A DNA stretch of 64,000 nucleotides from assembly GCF_009914755.1 (NCBI RefSeq), contig NC_060929.1. One strand, given 5' to 3'. Position 1 is the stretch's first letter. Each line of letters starts with the position of its first letter. The stretch is from the human T2T-CHM13v2.0 reference genome, Homo sapiens. The notes under the pieces were generated by a model, which worked only from the letters and a program-made list of their open reading frames with translations, made no database searches and was not told the DNA's origin. The position numbers were made by a program, and so were the translations under genes. Below, one piece after another: positions 46,585 through 60,634 of this stretch.

Positions 46585-46675
46585 ATCATTGTGAGAATTA
46601 ATAAGTTGAGGCCTATAAAGAGTTTCGAAGAGGGCCTGTATCATTGACTCAATAAATATGAACAACTATTACCAC
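46585..46675 (+). mobile_element. MIR 3' fragment
   Basis: ttgtgagaattaataag..tataaag..ctcaataaat..ctatt. Confidence 0.5.
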
Positions 46676-49600
46676 CTAGCAAATAATTGCTCATTCCACA
46701 GCATGTACTTTTTACTTTTATAATAGACAAACGACTACCAAAATAGATTTTTTTTTGCTCCAAAATTAGTTGTGGGCAGTGACAGTTCACTAATGAAGCT
46801 GTGTTATTTACATCAAACAAACAGAATAAGAAAATTGTTTGTTGCCCACTTTTAATTCCAACTTTTTATTGTATGCCTGTGAGAAAATGATATTTACACA
46901 GAAATTTAAAAGTTTCATAAATATTTACCTATACAATCATATACTGTACATAATTGGTTAATCATGTTTCAAATGTTACAAAAGCATTCTTGTGATTAGA
47001 AATCTTACTTGCAAGATTAGCATGTCTTCTCTTGCTTATGTACTCCACAGTAATCTTCTAATATTATCTTCTGACTGTTTAGGGGCCACATAATCATTTC
47101 TATTTGTTAAAGTTATTAATCTGCCTTATCAATTATTTCTGTATACGTAATGTAATCCATACTCAGATAGAGGAAAGTATGTAATTACAAGCTTTTCTGT
47201 TATCTCCATGTTTTTTGTGTTAGTAATACCAATGCCCAATAAACTGGTGAAAGACATTTTTTCCCTAAATCATCTCAAAAAATTCATGAATACTTTAACT
47301 TAATTTATTCAGTTTTCCACATTTTTTGTTGTTAAGCATGAATTATTTGCTAAATAATCTAAATGAATTCCTATGATGTGAAATCCACCAAGATTAGTAA
47401 CTTCATATAAATGGACATATAATGCACAATCATGAATTAATTAATTATAAGGACTTTAAAGGAGGGAGGAAATGAGAGTGTAGGCAAATGAAGCACGAAT
47501 GTATAAAATGTTAACGTGAAAAGTCACCAAGCCAAAAATTAAATAAGTAAATAAATAAATAATGAAATGGCACAGGACAAAAATGGAGTGTTGTAGGCTC
47601 AATGTCCCATCAATTCCTAAAGACTGGGCTTTCTGAGTCTCTTTTACTGGGAGAGAAAGGAGTTCAAATAATGTAAGTTCATAAGGAATTACAAAAATTA
47701 CCATTTGGAAGGTATCCTAGGCATTTTTTACCTGAAAAACTTTTTATGGTAACTTATTTAATAGCTATGGATTTGTTGCAAGAACTTTCTCCAGGTAAGT
47801 GAATGAAGTTCAAGATATGTGACTTACTGAAGATTACACGTCTTTAAAGGTTGTAGAGGTGGCATACCAATATTTTGGAAGAAATACCTGAGCATGTTCT
47901 GCCCCATTCTTCGTATTTAAAATAAGTGAAAATTCCAGAAGGAATGCATATTTTCTGCACCTAATGACCTACAATTCATTGGCTCTCAGAGGTAAAGTCT
48001 TAGTGAGCCCATTCCTCTTATAGGTCTACATTTTCCTAAGTTTTGTGTGATTAACAGAGCTGTCATTTTGATCTACACCTAACTGACTTCTGTCTCTCTC
48101 TCAAAGGTTTTAAACTTTGAGGAAGAGGGGTGCAATTTATTGACTCCATATACAATTCCAACCAACCAAAGAATTCATATGGCAATGAGTGTGTGCCCGG
48201 AGGCAATACGCTGACGTGCAGTTAGAACTGACAATTGGCTGTATAATACTGATATTTTACATGGATTTGTCCTTTACAAAAATCTTCACCTAAATATTAT
48301 TTTACATAGTTTACATTGATTTCAAAACCATCATAAAATGCAGGCTGTGTAGGGGCAGAAAATCTCTGAGTAAGATAACATTTTTTTGCCAACTATTGAA
48401 AAAATATATTTTAAAAACTGTATTTGCTGTTTAGGCAATGTATGAAATGCATGATTATTTCTACTCTACTGTGATGCTAGGTAAGAAAAAAAAGAGCAGA
48501 GGCATATAGAGATAGCAAAGAGAACAAGATTCTGGATCTATATGCATGAAGTAGGCGTTGCTAGTAATTTGCTTCTGAATTAAACAGAGGTATCTAACCA
48601 ATTATTAGCAAATTGGATGACCTTGGGGTTATTTTTGGGAGGCGGAGTCTTGCCACATCTAAGAGGATGCATCTTCGCTTCAGGTAGATCAGTTTGAAAA
48701 GGTAGAGTCCAGAAGAAACATGCTTCCAGAGAAAACATGGGTTTTGTCCCCAAACCTTATCTCCATATGGAAGAGAGAGTTTGTGGCTGAGCAAAGCTGG
48801 GACAGTTCTTCTGTCCACGGGACAATTTTTGCTGTTGTTGTTCCTGTAAGCCAGAGTTGATATTCTCTATAATCTAAGACCCAGGAAGGAAAGTAACATG
48901 TTCTTCCAACTGTCAATAAATCAACAGGAGACTCCAAGTGATTACATTTTATCTACCTGATTTTTGTTAAATTCTGTACATTTCACACATATGAAATGTA
49001 ACATTTCCATTATCAATTAGATTTAACAATTTCTTTACCCAGTAGTCATATTTAGGTTCTTGTCCAGTCGTTTTACTGCTTTCGACCTGGTCATGTTTAC
49101 AACTCCACAGTCATTTAAAAACATTCCTGACTAGCATGTGGGTTAGACTGTAGGCCAATTCTTAAGTCTAACAGTTTAGTTGAGAAGAAAAAGAGTAGAT
49201 ACATTTTTAACATTTGAAGGTGACCAAAGCCTCCATCCTATTGCAGATGAACTCAATTTGCAACTTAAACCATTAAGTTTTCTTTTTTGAATTACAGGAG
49301 TAGATGAAAGTGGATGAGAAGACCTCATTGTCTTTAAAATCACACTGATAATGATGTATTGTATTGCATCTGTGTGCTGAAAATGTATGCAAATCATGGA
49401 TTCAGAATTAACTTTTAAATAATTTTTGACTTCATATTTCAAATTCTAAAGGGTGGTTTGAAGATGTGACAAGTAAATATATTGAGCTCAAAACAAAAGT
49501 TATAGCTAGTAAATGGTGTTAAAAAAAGATTATGGTTAGTAACTGGTGTTACAACTTTCCAATTTACGATGTCAAGATATTTTATGACATTTCTGTCCCT

Positions 49601-49884
49601 GATATGAGAGGCTTAAATGCATTCTTAAGTAAAAAGAAAAACTGCAATAGTTGTAACTATGCAGTTTGCTACATCTTGAATGTTGAAGGAAATACCTTAT
49701 TTGACAACGCTATACCAGATGGAGTGCATATTTTTTGAAAAAAATTAAAATGCAAATCCATGAAGCTTTGAAACATAGACTTATATTTTGGCTTGGGACT
49801 AATGTATAAAGAGATTGCCAAAAGAAATAATTGAGCCTTTATCATTCTGAGCATCCACGGTTTCCTATACATCCATTTTCAACT

Positions 49885-50020
49885 CATTATAATTCCATTT
49901 TGCCAATCAAATAATCGACTAGGTTGAGGAAACTCTACATTAATTTAACATAATTAAACACAATATCAGATTTTAAACCACAGTCTCTGATTTCAATTCC
50001 ATTTGTTCTTTCCAGAATTC
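49885..50020 (-). mobile_element. MIR fragment
   Basis: ccatttt..ggttgagga..cagattttaaacc..gtctctgatttcaa..ttctttcca. Confidence 0.5.
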
Positions 50021-50321
50021 TGATCCGTAATTAAAAGCAGACACTGACTCTGCAAGTGTAATACATTAACTATGGATCAAACAGAAATGTGTACTTTAGA
50101 AAATATACCAATGTCAGAATATTTTTAGGTTAGTTTCCTGGGGCAAAAAAAAATCTGCTTCATGGGTAGAAGTGGGCTGTGATTCTTCAAGGAACTGGTC
50201 AGATTTATTTTTAGTCCTCCTGGGAAAGCTTCATTCTGGAGTAAGAAATGGAAAATAATAAGGTGGATATGCGTGAAGATAGAAAAAATAATTATTTCTT
50301 TCTTTCCCTAACATACCGCTG

Positions 50322-50701
50322 TGTATTAGTTCATTCTCATGCTGCTATAAAGAACTGTCCAAGACTGGGTGATTTATAAAGAAAATAGATTTAATTGACT
50401 GACAGTTCCAAAGAGCTGGGGAGGCCTCAGGAAACTTACAATCATGGTGGAAGGGAAAGCAAACATGTCCTTCTTCACATGATGGCAGGAAGGAGAAATG
50501 CCAAGCAAAGAGGGAAAGGCTTGTTATAAAACCATCAGATCTCATGAGAACTCACTAACTCACTATCATGAGAACAGCAGCATAGGAGTAACTGCCCCCA
50601 TGATTCATTTACCTCCACTGGGTCTCTCCCACAACCTGCAGGGATAATGGGGACTACAATTCAAGATGAGATTTGGGTGGGGACACAGCCAAAACATATA
50701 A
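50322..50701 (-). mobile_element. Solo THE1D-like LTR
   Basis: tgtattagttcattctcatgctgc...ggacacagccaaaacatata; TSD cgctg/ccctg. Confidence 0.92.
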
Positions 50702-51728
50702 CCCTGTGAGTCTCCCTTCCCAACCTATACTGTCTTGTTGACTAGAAGGAAAGAAAATGTGATGCAAAACTCACAAACCCTTGGACTACCTGAGCTGTAC
50801 ATAATGGTGCCAGTAGAAAACACGATAGGCAAAGAGCATGAACCTGATTCACAGAGCACACAGGATCTGTAAACACTATGAATTGATTACCTAAATTATT
50901 TTAAATAAGATCTCCTAGAGTATTCTGCTTAAACAACTCCAAGACACTTACCTGGGTCTTCCATCATGACAGATCAATAAAGGAATATATATATGTCTAT
51001 ATACATATATACTTACTTGCATATACACTTGTGTGTAAATATGTATAAATATATATACTTGTATCCACATACATATATATGTACATATATTATACATAAA
51101 TATATACATAAATTAAAAATGGAAATATGTCAAATGATAAAGAAAATTGGGTAAAATATTAACAATATGTCAATCAATCTGTGATGTTCTTAATGCTATA
51201 AATGTAATGTCCTTGCAACTTTTCTCTGTGAAAAAATTTCTAAATAAAATATTTTTAAAAATAAGAAAAGAATAAATCTATTCAGATTCAGCCTGTTACA
51301 AATAATTATTTGCCTCATTTCTGTATTTTCTCTGTGCATGAGGCCTTGTTGAAATTTTATTTTGTAATTGAAACAACTAGACTTAGTGACTACCATTTCA
51401 GTTAGATCCCCTAATCTCCAACTGTGTACACACTTTAATTTGGCTTTTGGAAAAGCAACTAAAAATTTTAAAGTTATTTTCTCTTTCAATGTCTGACTGA
51501 ATGGCATATGCTACATGTTCCTCTGAATTTACTGACCTTATATATCTTAATTATTTCATTAAACATAAAATACACAACTATATTTCTCTTATAAAAGAGT
51601 TTATTTCTCTCTTATTATTAAAATCTTCTCCCTTCCAAATATCCCCTTTTCTAGGTCCCAGAGTATTTAAAGTGCACTATGTCTGAAGTATGAAGAGGCT
51701 TAAGTCAATTTTAGTCAAGATGAGGAAG

Positions 51729-52252
51729 CTCAGTCACTGCTGCTCAGGAGGTTGAGGTGTGTTTTAGTCTGTCCTTATGCCACTAATAAAGACATACTCA
51801 AGACTGGGTAATTTATTTAAAAAATGAGATTTAATAGACTCACAGCTCTACATGACTGGGGAGGCTTCACAATCATGGTGGAAGGTGAAGGAGGAGCAAA
51901 GTCATGTCTTACATGGCAGTAGGCAAGAGAGCATGTGCATGGGAATTCCCCATTATAAAGCCATTACATCTCATGAGATTTATTCACTATCAGGAGAACA
52001 GCACAGGAAAGACCAATCCCCATGATTCAACTACCTCCCACTGGGTACCTCCCATGACACATGGAAATTATGGGAGCTACAGTTCAAGATGAGATTTGGG
52101 TTGGAACACAGCCAAACCAAACCATAATGGGATTGCTTGAGGCCAAGAGTTTGAGGCTGCAGTGAGCTATGGTGCTATGATCACAACTGTGAATAGCCAC
52201 TGCACTCCAGCCTTGACAACATAGTGAGATCTTGTCTCAAAAAAAAAAAAAA
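51729..52252 (+). mobile_element. FAM (fossil Alu monomer) split by a THE1 LTR
   Basis: 7SL-like tgtgaatagccactgcactcc retained; A-tail; TSD atgaggaag on both sides. Confidence 0.8.
51760..52124 (-). mobile_element. Solo THE1C-like LTR
   Basis: ctaataaagacatactcaagactggg...gagatttgggttggaacacagccaaacc. Confidence 0.9.
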
Positions 52253-53296
52253 TGAGGAAGTTCTCCGTGGATATGAGCCTGCAGACAAAACTGAGGCACA
52301 GGGTTAGCCTCATAAAAAATTCTTAGTGCAGAGTTAGCTAGAGAAGCAATATGTAAACCATCCATGATATTTGGTGAAGCATTATTAAAGATACTACTTG
52401 GTTTCAGTTATATTATGGACAGTTTTTAAAAGGAAGGACAACTGCTTGGAGATAACTGATGATAGGGAAAATCATATATTTTCCCCTATGTCATGCACTT
52501 TTGTGGGACAGGAGGTGGCAGTAGAAGTTGAAAGCTGAGAAAAGCTGTGTCCAGCAAAACAGGGGTTTTCGGAATAGTAGTAGCACCATGGATATTTTGG
52601 CAAGGTATATATAAGAAAGCTGGAGCAGAATAAACTGATATAATTGTGTCAACATATTTGTGAAAGAGACTCCTAGGCAATGCTTAAGAATTTCTGGGGA
52701 ATAATTTTATAAAGGAGACTGCTAAGTTATAGAAACTGGAGTGATAGGTCGTCACAATCGTTTTGACACAAAGAGGAAGTGAGACTATATGTTTTGTCAG
52801 AAGCTGAAGAGATCTAGTATTTGGAGTTGGCATCTATTTTGATTTGGGGAACAATGTACTTAGCATTAACTTGTGCAGGAGATTAGCCTAAGGAAAAGCA
52901 CAAAAGTATTGCGGGCTGGAATTTGAAGAACTTTGAAAGTCAGAAAGTGAGATTGTCTGGCATCATGGAAGTTACATGGAAAATGGCAAGTTTTTGACAG
53001 AGGAGTGAAGTTCTAGGATCTATCTAATTAAACACTTATATAGAAACTGGAGAGATGCATGGAAATGGCAAGTAGAGCAAACACTGGCACCTCCAAGATG
53101 CTGACATTGTAGTTTGATCTATAAAATATGTACTAGATGTCCATTAGCTCTTTACTTAATTTTAAATACTAATTATGCTTTATCTGAATGTCAGATGATC
53201 AGGAAAAATGCAAAAGGAAACAATCACTTACTTAACACAATGAATAATTATTTTAGAAGGCAGTCGTTGGGCTAGGTGCCACTGTTTTGATGTAAG

Positions 53297-53400
53297 CATT
53301 TATTCTTTCACTATTTATTCAAGAAATATTTACTAAATGTCTACTACTAGCTAGGCATTGTGTTAGCTAATGGTGATAAATGGGAAATGGGACAGATGAC
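53297..53400 (-). mobile_element. L2 3' end fragment
   Basis: atttattcaagaaatatttactaaatgtctacta..aggcattgtgttag. Confidence 0.65.
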
Positions 53401-53663
53401 TTAAGTAATAAATTTATACAAATAGAGGCAAAATGTATCCAAATATTTCCTGAGATTTCACTGTGATGTTTTAAGTAACATACCAGACTGAAGAATTATT
53501 TGCAAATTCTCATATTAAGATACACTGATATGCTGGACAAAGCAAAATAATTTAAAAATACATAGACAATTCAACCCTGTAAAGAGGTATAATGTCACCT
53601 GATATTTCTGTTTCAGAATGAGAGCTAAAGATTTCTATTTCTGAGAAAACAGAGTAGACATAT

Positions 53664-53785
53664 TTTTCCCTATTCCTCCCACTAGGTACAACTAAAAACT
53701 ATATATATATGACTAAAAACCATATGGAGATTTTAGTTGTCTATATATGGTTTTTATTTGTACCTAGTGGGAGGAATAGGGAAAA
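53664..53785. repeat. Inverted repeat with ~55-bp arms and a ~12-nt spacer
   Basis: 53664-53691 is the exact reverse complement of 53758-53785; inner arms pair with few mismatches. Confidence 0.97.
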
Positions 53786-54022
53786 GTATATATATTTGAT
53801 ACACCCACACGTGCACACTCAAGAAGATTCTAAAAGGTAGAGGGAAGAAAGCAGGCTAACTTGGGACCTCAATTATGAGGAACAACATGGTGGTGAATTG
53901 CATAGCACTTCTTTTGTCTCATATATTCTAAAGAAACCAGCAATCCAAAAACACCAATAGTCACAGACAAGAAAAGCCTCAGCAAAATCCTACTCTCCTC
54001 CTTAGCAATGGACCATAAAAGG

Positions 54023-54381
54023 TGATATGGTTTGGCTCTGTGTCCCCACCCAAATCTCACGTTGAATTGTAATAATCTCCACGTGTCATGGGAGGGACTT
54101 AGTGGGAGGTAATTGAATCATGGAGGTGAGTTTTCCCCATGCTGTTCTCGTCGTAGTGAATAAGTGTCATGAGATCTGATAGTTTTATAAAGGGCAGTTC
54201 CCCTGCACATGTCCTCTTGCCTGCTGCCATGTAAGATGTCCCTTTGTTCTTCCTTCATCTTCCGTTATGATTGTGAGGCCTATCCAGCCATGTGGAACTG
54301 TGATCCATTAAACCTCTTTCCTTTATAAATTACTCAGTCTCAGGTATGTCTTTATTAGCAGTGTGGCAATGGACTACTACA
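54023..54381 (+). mobile_element. Solo THE1C-like LTR
   Basis: tgatatggtttggctctgtgtcccc...ggactactaca; perfect TSD AAAGG. Confidence 0.94.
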
Positions 54382-54578
54382 AAAGGAGAGCCTAGAAAGA
54401 GAACTTTTAGACACTAACAAATCTAACCAGGCCAATCACCACAGAAATAAACCCTGTTTCACTCCCATCCCAACCAGCCAGAAAAAGCCAAGTAGAAAGT
54501 GAGATTTCCAACCTGGCCAGGCTGTAATGAGAAATCCCTTTCATTCCCAAGGCATGTGTCCCCCCTGTTTTTTCTTAC

Positions 54579-55374
54579 CATTTTTTTTTCTTGCAGGTGG
54601 TGAATTACTTTATTTTAGAAAAGCAAAAGTTTACAATTTGTGCCATAGGCAGAATATCATGAATTCAACAAGTTATTAATACAGACTTTCAAAAACCTTT
54701 ACAGATTAGTCCAAAGTAGAAAATTATTTTTTCCCACTCTTAGACTCAAGCGCATTCAGAAAAAATACACAATTTATAAAAATAAAATGGCAAGCCTAAT
54801 CACACCAATTAATTGATAGTGTTAACATCCCACACTGGTTCATTTGAACAATTAATACATAATAAGAATAGCTGAATTACTTTTTCAAGTCCTACCTCCA
54901 TGTTACATGAAACAATTATGAAACTATTTGTTACTTTTTATAAAACCAAAGTAAAAAATGCCCCAAACAAAACATGAAATAACCACTAAAAAAATCTACT
55001 AAACAAAAATATTACAGCTAAGGTAACTACTCTTATAGACCCTTTCTTCACCTCCTTGAGATTTGGCATCTTAATATTATTTCTAAACCAGATATCAGGA
55101 AACAACTATGTGTGAAAAAGAAAATGAAAACTCCATGTCTAATTCACATTAAAGAAGTTTCGGATAATAGTAGCTGGGAAAAACATTTAAGCACACAATG
55201 AAACAAACAAAAAGAATTGCCAGCTATAATGGGGTGCATAGGGTAATTGATAAAAACATATAATTTGTCTAATCAAAATATCTTTAAATACTGTCTGATC
55301 ATCAAATTTCAGCAAAAGCAAGGATCTAGAATTTTGAATTTTAGATAAGTAGAAATCCAGGACTTTTTTTTTTT
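54579..55374 (-). pseudogene. Copy 2 (probably longer) of the unidentified 3'UTR-like retrocopy fragment
   Basis: Minus-strand AATAAA (tttatt 54609-54614) about 20 nt from an A9 tract (54581-54589); homologous to copy 1 up to ~55183; right boundary inferred from where L1 resumes. Confidence 0.55.
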
Positions 55375-56890
55375 GGCAGGGTGATAGACACATAGAACAA
55401 TATAATAGAACTGGATCCAGAAATAGACCCACAGAATTATGCCCAATTCATAGTTTACAAAGACACAAAAGCAATTAAATGGAGGGAAGATAGCATTTCC
55501 AACAAATGATAATGAAGAACTGAACTCCCATATGCAAAAAAATGAACATTTACCTAAGTATCAGACTTTAAATAAATGAACTCAAAACAAGTCACATCCA
55601 AAAGTGTTAAATTTAAACCCTAAAATATTTGGAAAAATATAGGAGATTATCTTCAGGGTCTGGGGCTAGGAAAAGTGTTTTTAGACTTTCTACAAAAAGA
55701 ATAATCCATCAAAGAGAACAACTGACAAATTGACTGTTAGAAAAAAAATACACCAAAAAAATAAGAAGGAAAAAGAAAGAAAAATTTATGACAGGCTATC
55801 ATGTATGTATACAGAATTAAATTTTTCACCTAAAGGAATGCCAAGCTGAGATGTTGACAAACAAATAAAAAATACAACGAGTTGAAGTTGTATTAAATTA
55901 CTGGAGCACAAGCAATTTACCAGATTTAAAAAGAAACAGTAATACAGTACCATAACTAGGAGAAACTACAAAAATAGAAACGGATGCATAAATGACAGAG
56001 ATGGAAGTAGTAGACAAAACATAAATTCAGCTTATAAACATGCTCAAGAATTAAAATAAAATCATGAAAATATAAAAAGAAATGGAAACTCTTAAAATAA
56101 AAATTTTAAATTTAAAATCTCAAAATTAAATCATTTAAGATCAAATATTCACTGTCTGGTCTTAAAAGCAGATTAGACACTGTCAGAGAAAAGATCAGTG
56201 AACTAGGTGACATAATAAACTTCACAAACTGAATCACTCAGGAATCTGTGGGCAAAAATCAAGCCATTTGATGTACATTAAAATGAAGTAAAAAATGAAG
56301 TAACAAGTTACATATACATATGTATAGATGGATGAGATGTGATGCACCCATACAATGGAATATTATTCAGCAATACAAAGACATGAACTATCAAGTCATA
56401 AAAGAATATGGAGGAACCTTAAATGCATATTGCTAAGTGAACAAAGCCAATCTGAAAGGGCTACATACTGTATTATTCTCACTATATGATATTCTGAAAA
56501 GGAAAAAGGAGAAAGAGTAAAAATTTCAGTAATTGCCATGGGTTCAGTAGAGGGAGTGATAGATGAATGGTTGGAGCCCAGGGGATTTTTAGGGCAGTGA
56601 CATGACACTATTTTATATGATACTCCAATGGATGATACTTGTCATTATGCATTTGTCAAAACACACAGAATGTACAACACAGAGTGAGCCATAATGTCAA
56701 CTATGGACTTTAGTTAAGAGTGATGACTCAACGTTGACTCATCAATTATATTAAATGTTCCAAATTAAAGCAAGATAGTAGGGTAAACTGTATGTAAGAA
56801 GGTTGAGGGGTATATGAAAACTCTGTGTACTTTCTGCTCCATTTTTCTGTAGATTGGAAACAGCTAAAAAAAAATTTATTAATTTAAAAA
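55375..56890 (+). mobile_element. L1M fragments ending in an L1MC1-like 3' end
   Basis: ccagaaatagacccacag; ggaggaaccttaaatgcatattgctaagtgaa..catttgtcaaaac..aactatggacttt. Confidence 0.8.
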
Positions 56891-57876
56891 ATCATTAACA
56901 TCAACACATGATAGTTCTTCAAATTCTGATTATCATTTTATCTAGTTTATAGTTTTCTTAATTATTTTACACACTCAAACTATTAACATACAATAATTAG
57001 ATTAAATGTTACTTTCAAAAATATAATGAATTTTTTTAAGGAATACTGTTTTAATAATTTATACTGAATTACTTAAAATTATACAACTTCACTTAAAAGT
57101 TGTCTAATATCATACTTCTTACTACTTCAAATTGACCTCCATAGTTCAAATGAGTGAGAGCTAATGTCTGTTGTGAGACAGAGGCAATTGAGTGAATTTA
57201 AATTATGTGGTATATTTGTAAAAGAATTTTTAAGCTAAAGTATTTCAACACTCTAAACTTGTAAAACATCGTATATTTTGACGACTAGTTAGTGAACAGA
57301 AGCTCAAATCCCCTTATATACATATATCATATAAATGTCTATTTTCCAATATGATAAAGTTTTGTTAAAAAAAGCATATCCTCTGATAGATGCCAAAGAT
57401 ACTCTCCTTTAATTCATTTCTAAACATACATATTTATATATTTTGTATCTAACTCATTTATAATTATGCAACTCATACAAATATTTATTCAATCAAACCA
57501 AAAAACAAGTCATAAAAAAGGACAAACAAATAAAAATTATAGATGAAGACTAAAAGAAACCTCTTTTTAGTTGGAGGTAAGGATTTTCCTACTGTGATAT
57601 TCAATGTTTTCATAATCAATTCAAGGTTATGCATAATACGATTCTTGCAGGAGTATAGACAAGCAAATGGATCTGAACCATAGACGATAGTTGATGAAAG
57701 TTAAGAATACATCCCTATTGGGACAGAGGCATCCATTTGTCTGGAATAAGGGAAGATTCTCCAGCATTTGGAAAATAAGACAGGAGAAAAGTAAATAGTA
57801 GCAGGAGTCCCTAATTAAACAGATTGATACTCAAATAGGATACTTCATTCTAAACCCAGTCCCTACAGGAGCATAA

Positions 57877-58039
57877 AGTAGCCCCCTCTTATCCACAGTT
57901 ATGCTTTTCATAATTTCTATTACTCACTGTACAGTAGAATAAGATGTTTTGAGAGAGAGAGAGAGGAGAGAGAGACAGAGACCACATTCACATAACTTTT
58001 ATTAGAGTATATTGTTACAATTGTTCCTTATGAGTTATT
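57877..58039 (+). mobile_element. MER44A-like (Tigger7 family) 5' part
   Basis: gtagccccctcttatccac..ataagatgttttgagagag..accacattcacataacttttatt. Confidence 0.8.
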
Positions 58040-60032
58040 TGATATGATTTGGCTGTGTCTCCACCCAAATTTCACCTTGAATTATAGCTCCCATAATCCC
58101 CATGTGTCATGGGAGGGACCCGTTGGGTGGTGATTGAATCATGGGGGTGGGTTTGCCATGCTGTTCTCATTATAGTAAGTGAGTTCTTATGAGATCTGAT
58201 GGTTTCATAAGGGGCAGTTCCTCTGTACACTCTCTTTTACCTGCTGCTGCCATGTGAAGAGGGACATGTTTGCTCCCACTTCTGCCATGATTATAGGTTT
58301 CCTGGGACTCCCCAGCCATAAAGAACTATGAGTCTATTAAACCTCTTTCCTATATAGATTACCTAGTCAAGGGTAATCTATTAGCAGTGTGAGAATGGAC
58401 TAATACAGTAAATTGTTACCGGGTAGTGGGAAGCTGCTAAGGAATGCCCAAAATTTGGAAGCAACTTTGGAACTGGGTAATGGGCAGAGGTTGGAACAAT
58501 TTAAAGGACTCAGAAGAAGAGAGAAAAATGTGGAAAAGTTTGGAACTTCCTAGAGACTTGTTGAATGGCATTGACCAAAATGCTGATAGTGATATGGACA
58601 ATAAGGTCCAGGCTGAGGTGGCCTCAGATGGAGATGAGGAACTTGTTGGGAACTGAAGCAAAGCTGACTCTTGTTATGCAAAGAGACTGGTGGCATTTCA
58701 CTCCTGCCAAAGAGATCTATGGAAGTTGAACTTGACAGAAATGATTTAAGGTATCCTATGAAAGAAATTTCTAAGTAGCAAAGCATTCAAGAGGAAGCAG
58801 AGCATAAAAGTTTGAAAACTTTGCAACCTGATGATGCAATAGAAAAGAAAAACCCACTTTTTGGGAAGAAATTCAAGCCTGCTGCAGAAATTTGCGTAAG
58901 TAATAAGGAGAGGAATGTTAAGCATCAAGACAATGGGGACAATATCTCCAGGGCATGTCAGAAACCTTCAAGGCAGCCCCTTCAATCACAGACCCTGAGG
59001 CCTAAAAGGGGAAAACAGTTTCCTGGGCCTGGTCCAGGGCCCCTTTGCTGTGTGCAGCCTAGAGACTTGATGCAATGCATTTAAGCCTCCCTAGCCATGG
59101 CTAAAAGGGGCCACAGTACAGCTCAGGCCATGGCTTCAGAGGGTGCAAGCCCCAAGCCTTGGAAGCTTCCATGTGGTGTTGAGCCTGCAGGTACACTGAA
59201 GTCAGGAATTGAGGTTTGGGAACCTCCACCTAGATTTCAGAGGATGTATGGAAATGCCTGGATGTCCAGGAAGAAGTTTGTTGCAGGGGCGAGGCCCTCA
59301 TGGAGATCCTCTGCTAGGACAGGGTGGAAAGGAAATGTAGGTTTGGAGCTCCTACACAGAGTCTCCACTGGGGCACTTCCTAGTGGAGCTGTGAGAAGAG
59401 GGCCACCATCCTCCAGTCCCCAGAATGACAGATTTACCTACAGCTTGCACTGTGCACCTGGAAAAGCTGCAGACACTCCACATCATCCCATGAAGACAGC
59501 CAGGAGGGGGGCTATACCCTGCAAAGCCACAGAGGAAAAGCTTCCCAAGGCCATGGGAGACCACCTCTCACATAAATGTGCCCTGGATGGGAGGCATGAA
59601 GTCAAAGGAGATCATTTTGAAACCTTAAGCTTTAATGACTGCCCTATTAGATTTCAGACTTGCATGGGGCCTGTAGCCTCTTTGTTTTGGCTAATTTATC
59701 CCATTTGGAATGAATGTATTTACCCAATGCCTGTATCCCCATTATATCTAGGAAGTAACTAACTCGCTTTTGGTTTGACAGGCTCATAGGTGGAAGGACC
59801 TTGCCTTGTCTCAGATGAGACTTTGGACTTGGATTTTGAGTTGAGCTGAAATGAGTTGAGACTTTGGGGGACTATTGGGAAGGCATGATTGGTTTTGAAA
59901 TGTGAGAATATAAGATTTGGGAGGGGCCAGTGGTGGAATGATATGCTTTGTCTGTGTCCCCAGCCAAATCTTGTCTTGAATTATAGCTCCCATAGTCACC
60001 ACGTGTTGTGGGACAGACCCTGTGGGAGGTAA
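58040..60032 (+). mobile_element. THE1D-like element: LTR 58040-58407, internal 58408-59938, truncated 3' LTR 59939-60032
   Basis: LTR termini tgatatg/taataca; THE1-int sequence; PPT-like gggaggggccag before the second LTR. Confidence 0.92.
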
Positions 60033-60248
60033 CAAACATGTGCCTGTGCCTTTATGGTAAACTGATTTATTTTCTTTTAGGTATATACCCAATAATGGAA
60101 TCGTTAGGTCAAATAGTACTTGTGTTTTAAATTATTTGAAAAATCACCAGACTTCTTTCCACAGTGGTTGAACTAATTTGCATTCCCACCAGCAGTGTAT
60201 GAGTGTTCCCTTTTCTCCACAGCATCACCAGCATCTGTGTTTTTTTGA

Positions 60249-60634
<386 letters not shown>

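Larger units (their letters stand above)
53628..54560 (+). mobile_element. Old L1M 5'UTR (contains the palindrome and a THE1 LTR)
   Basis: gagtagacatatttttccctattcctccc..tacaactaaaaac..aagaagattctaaaaggt resembles an L1M4/L1MC-type 5' end. Confidence 0.65.

Noticed and set aside
54568-54600. Polypyrimidine tract plus CAG as a plus-strand splice acceptor
   Set aside because: Better explained as the reverse complement of a poly(A) tail; no downstream ORF or donor was evident.
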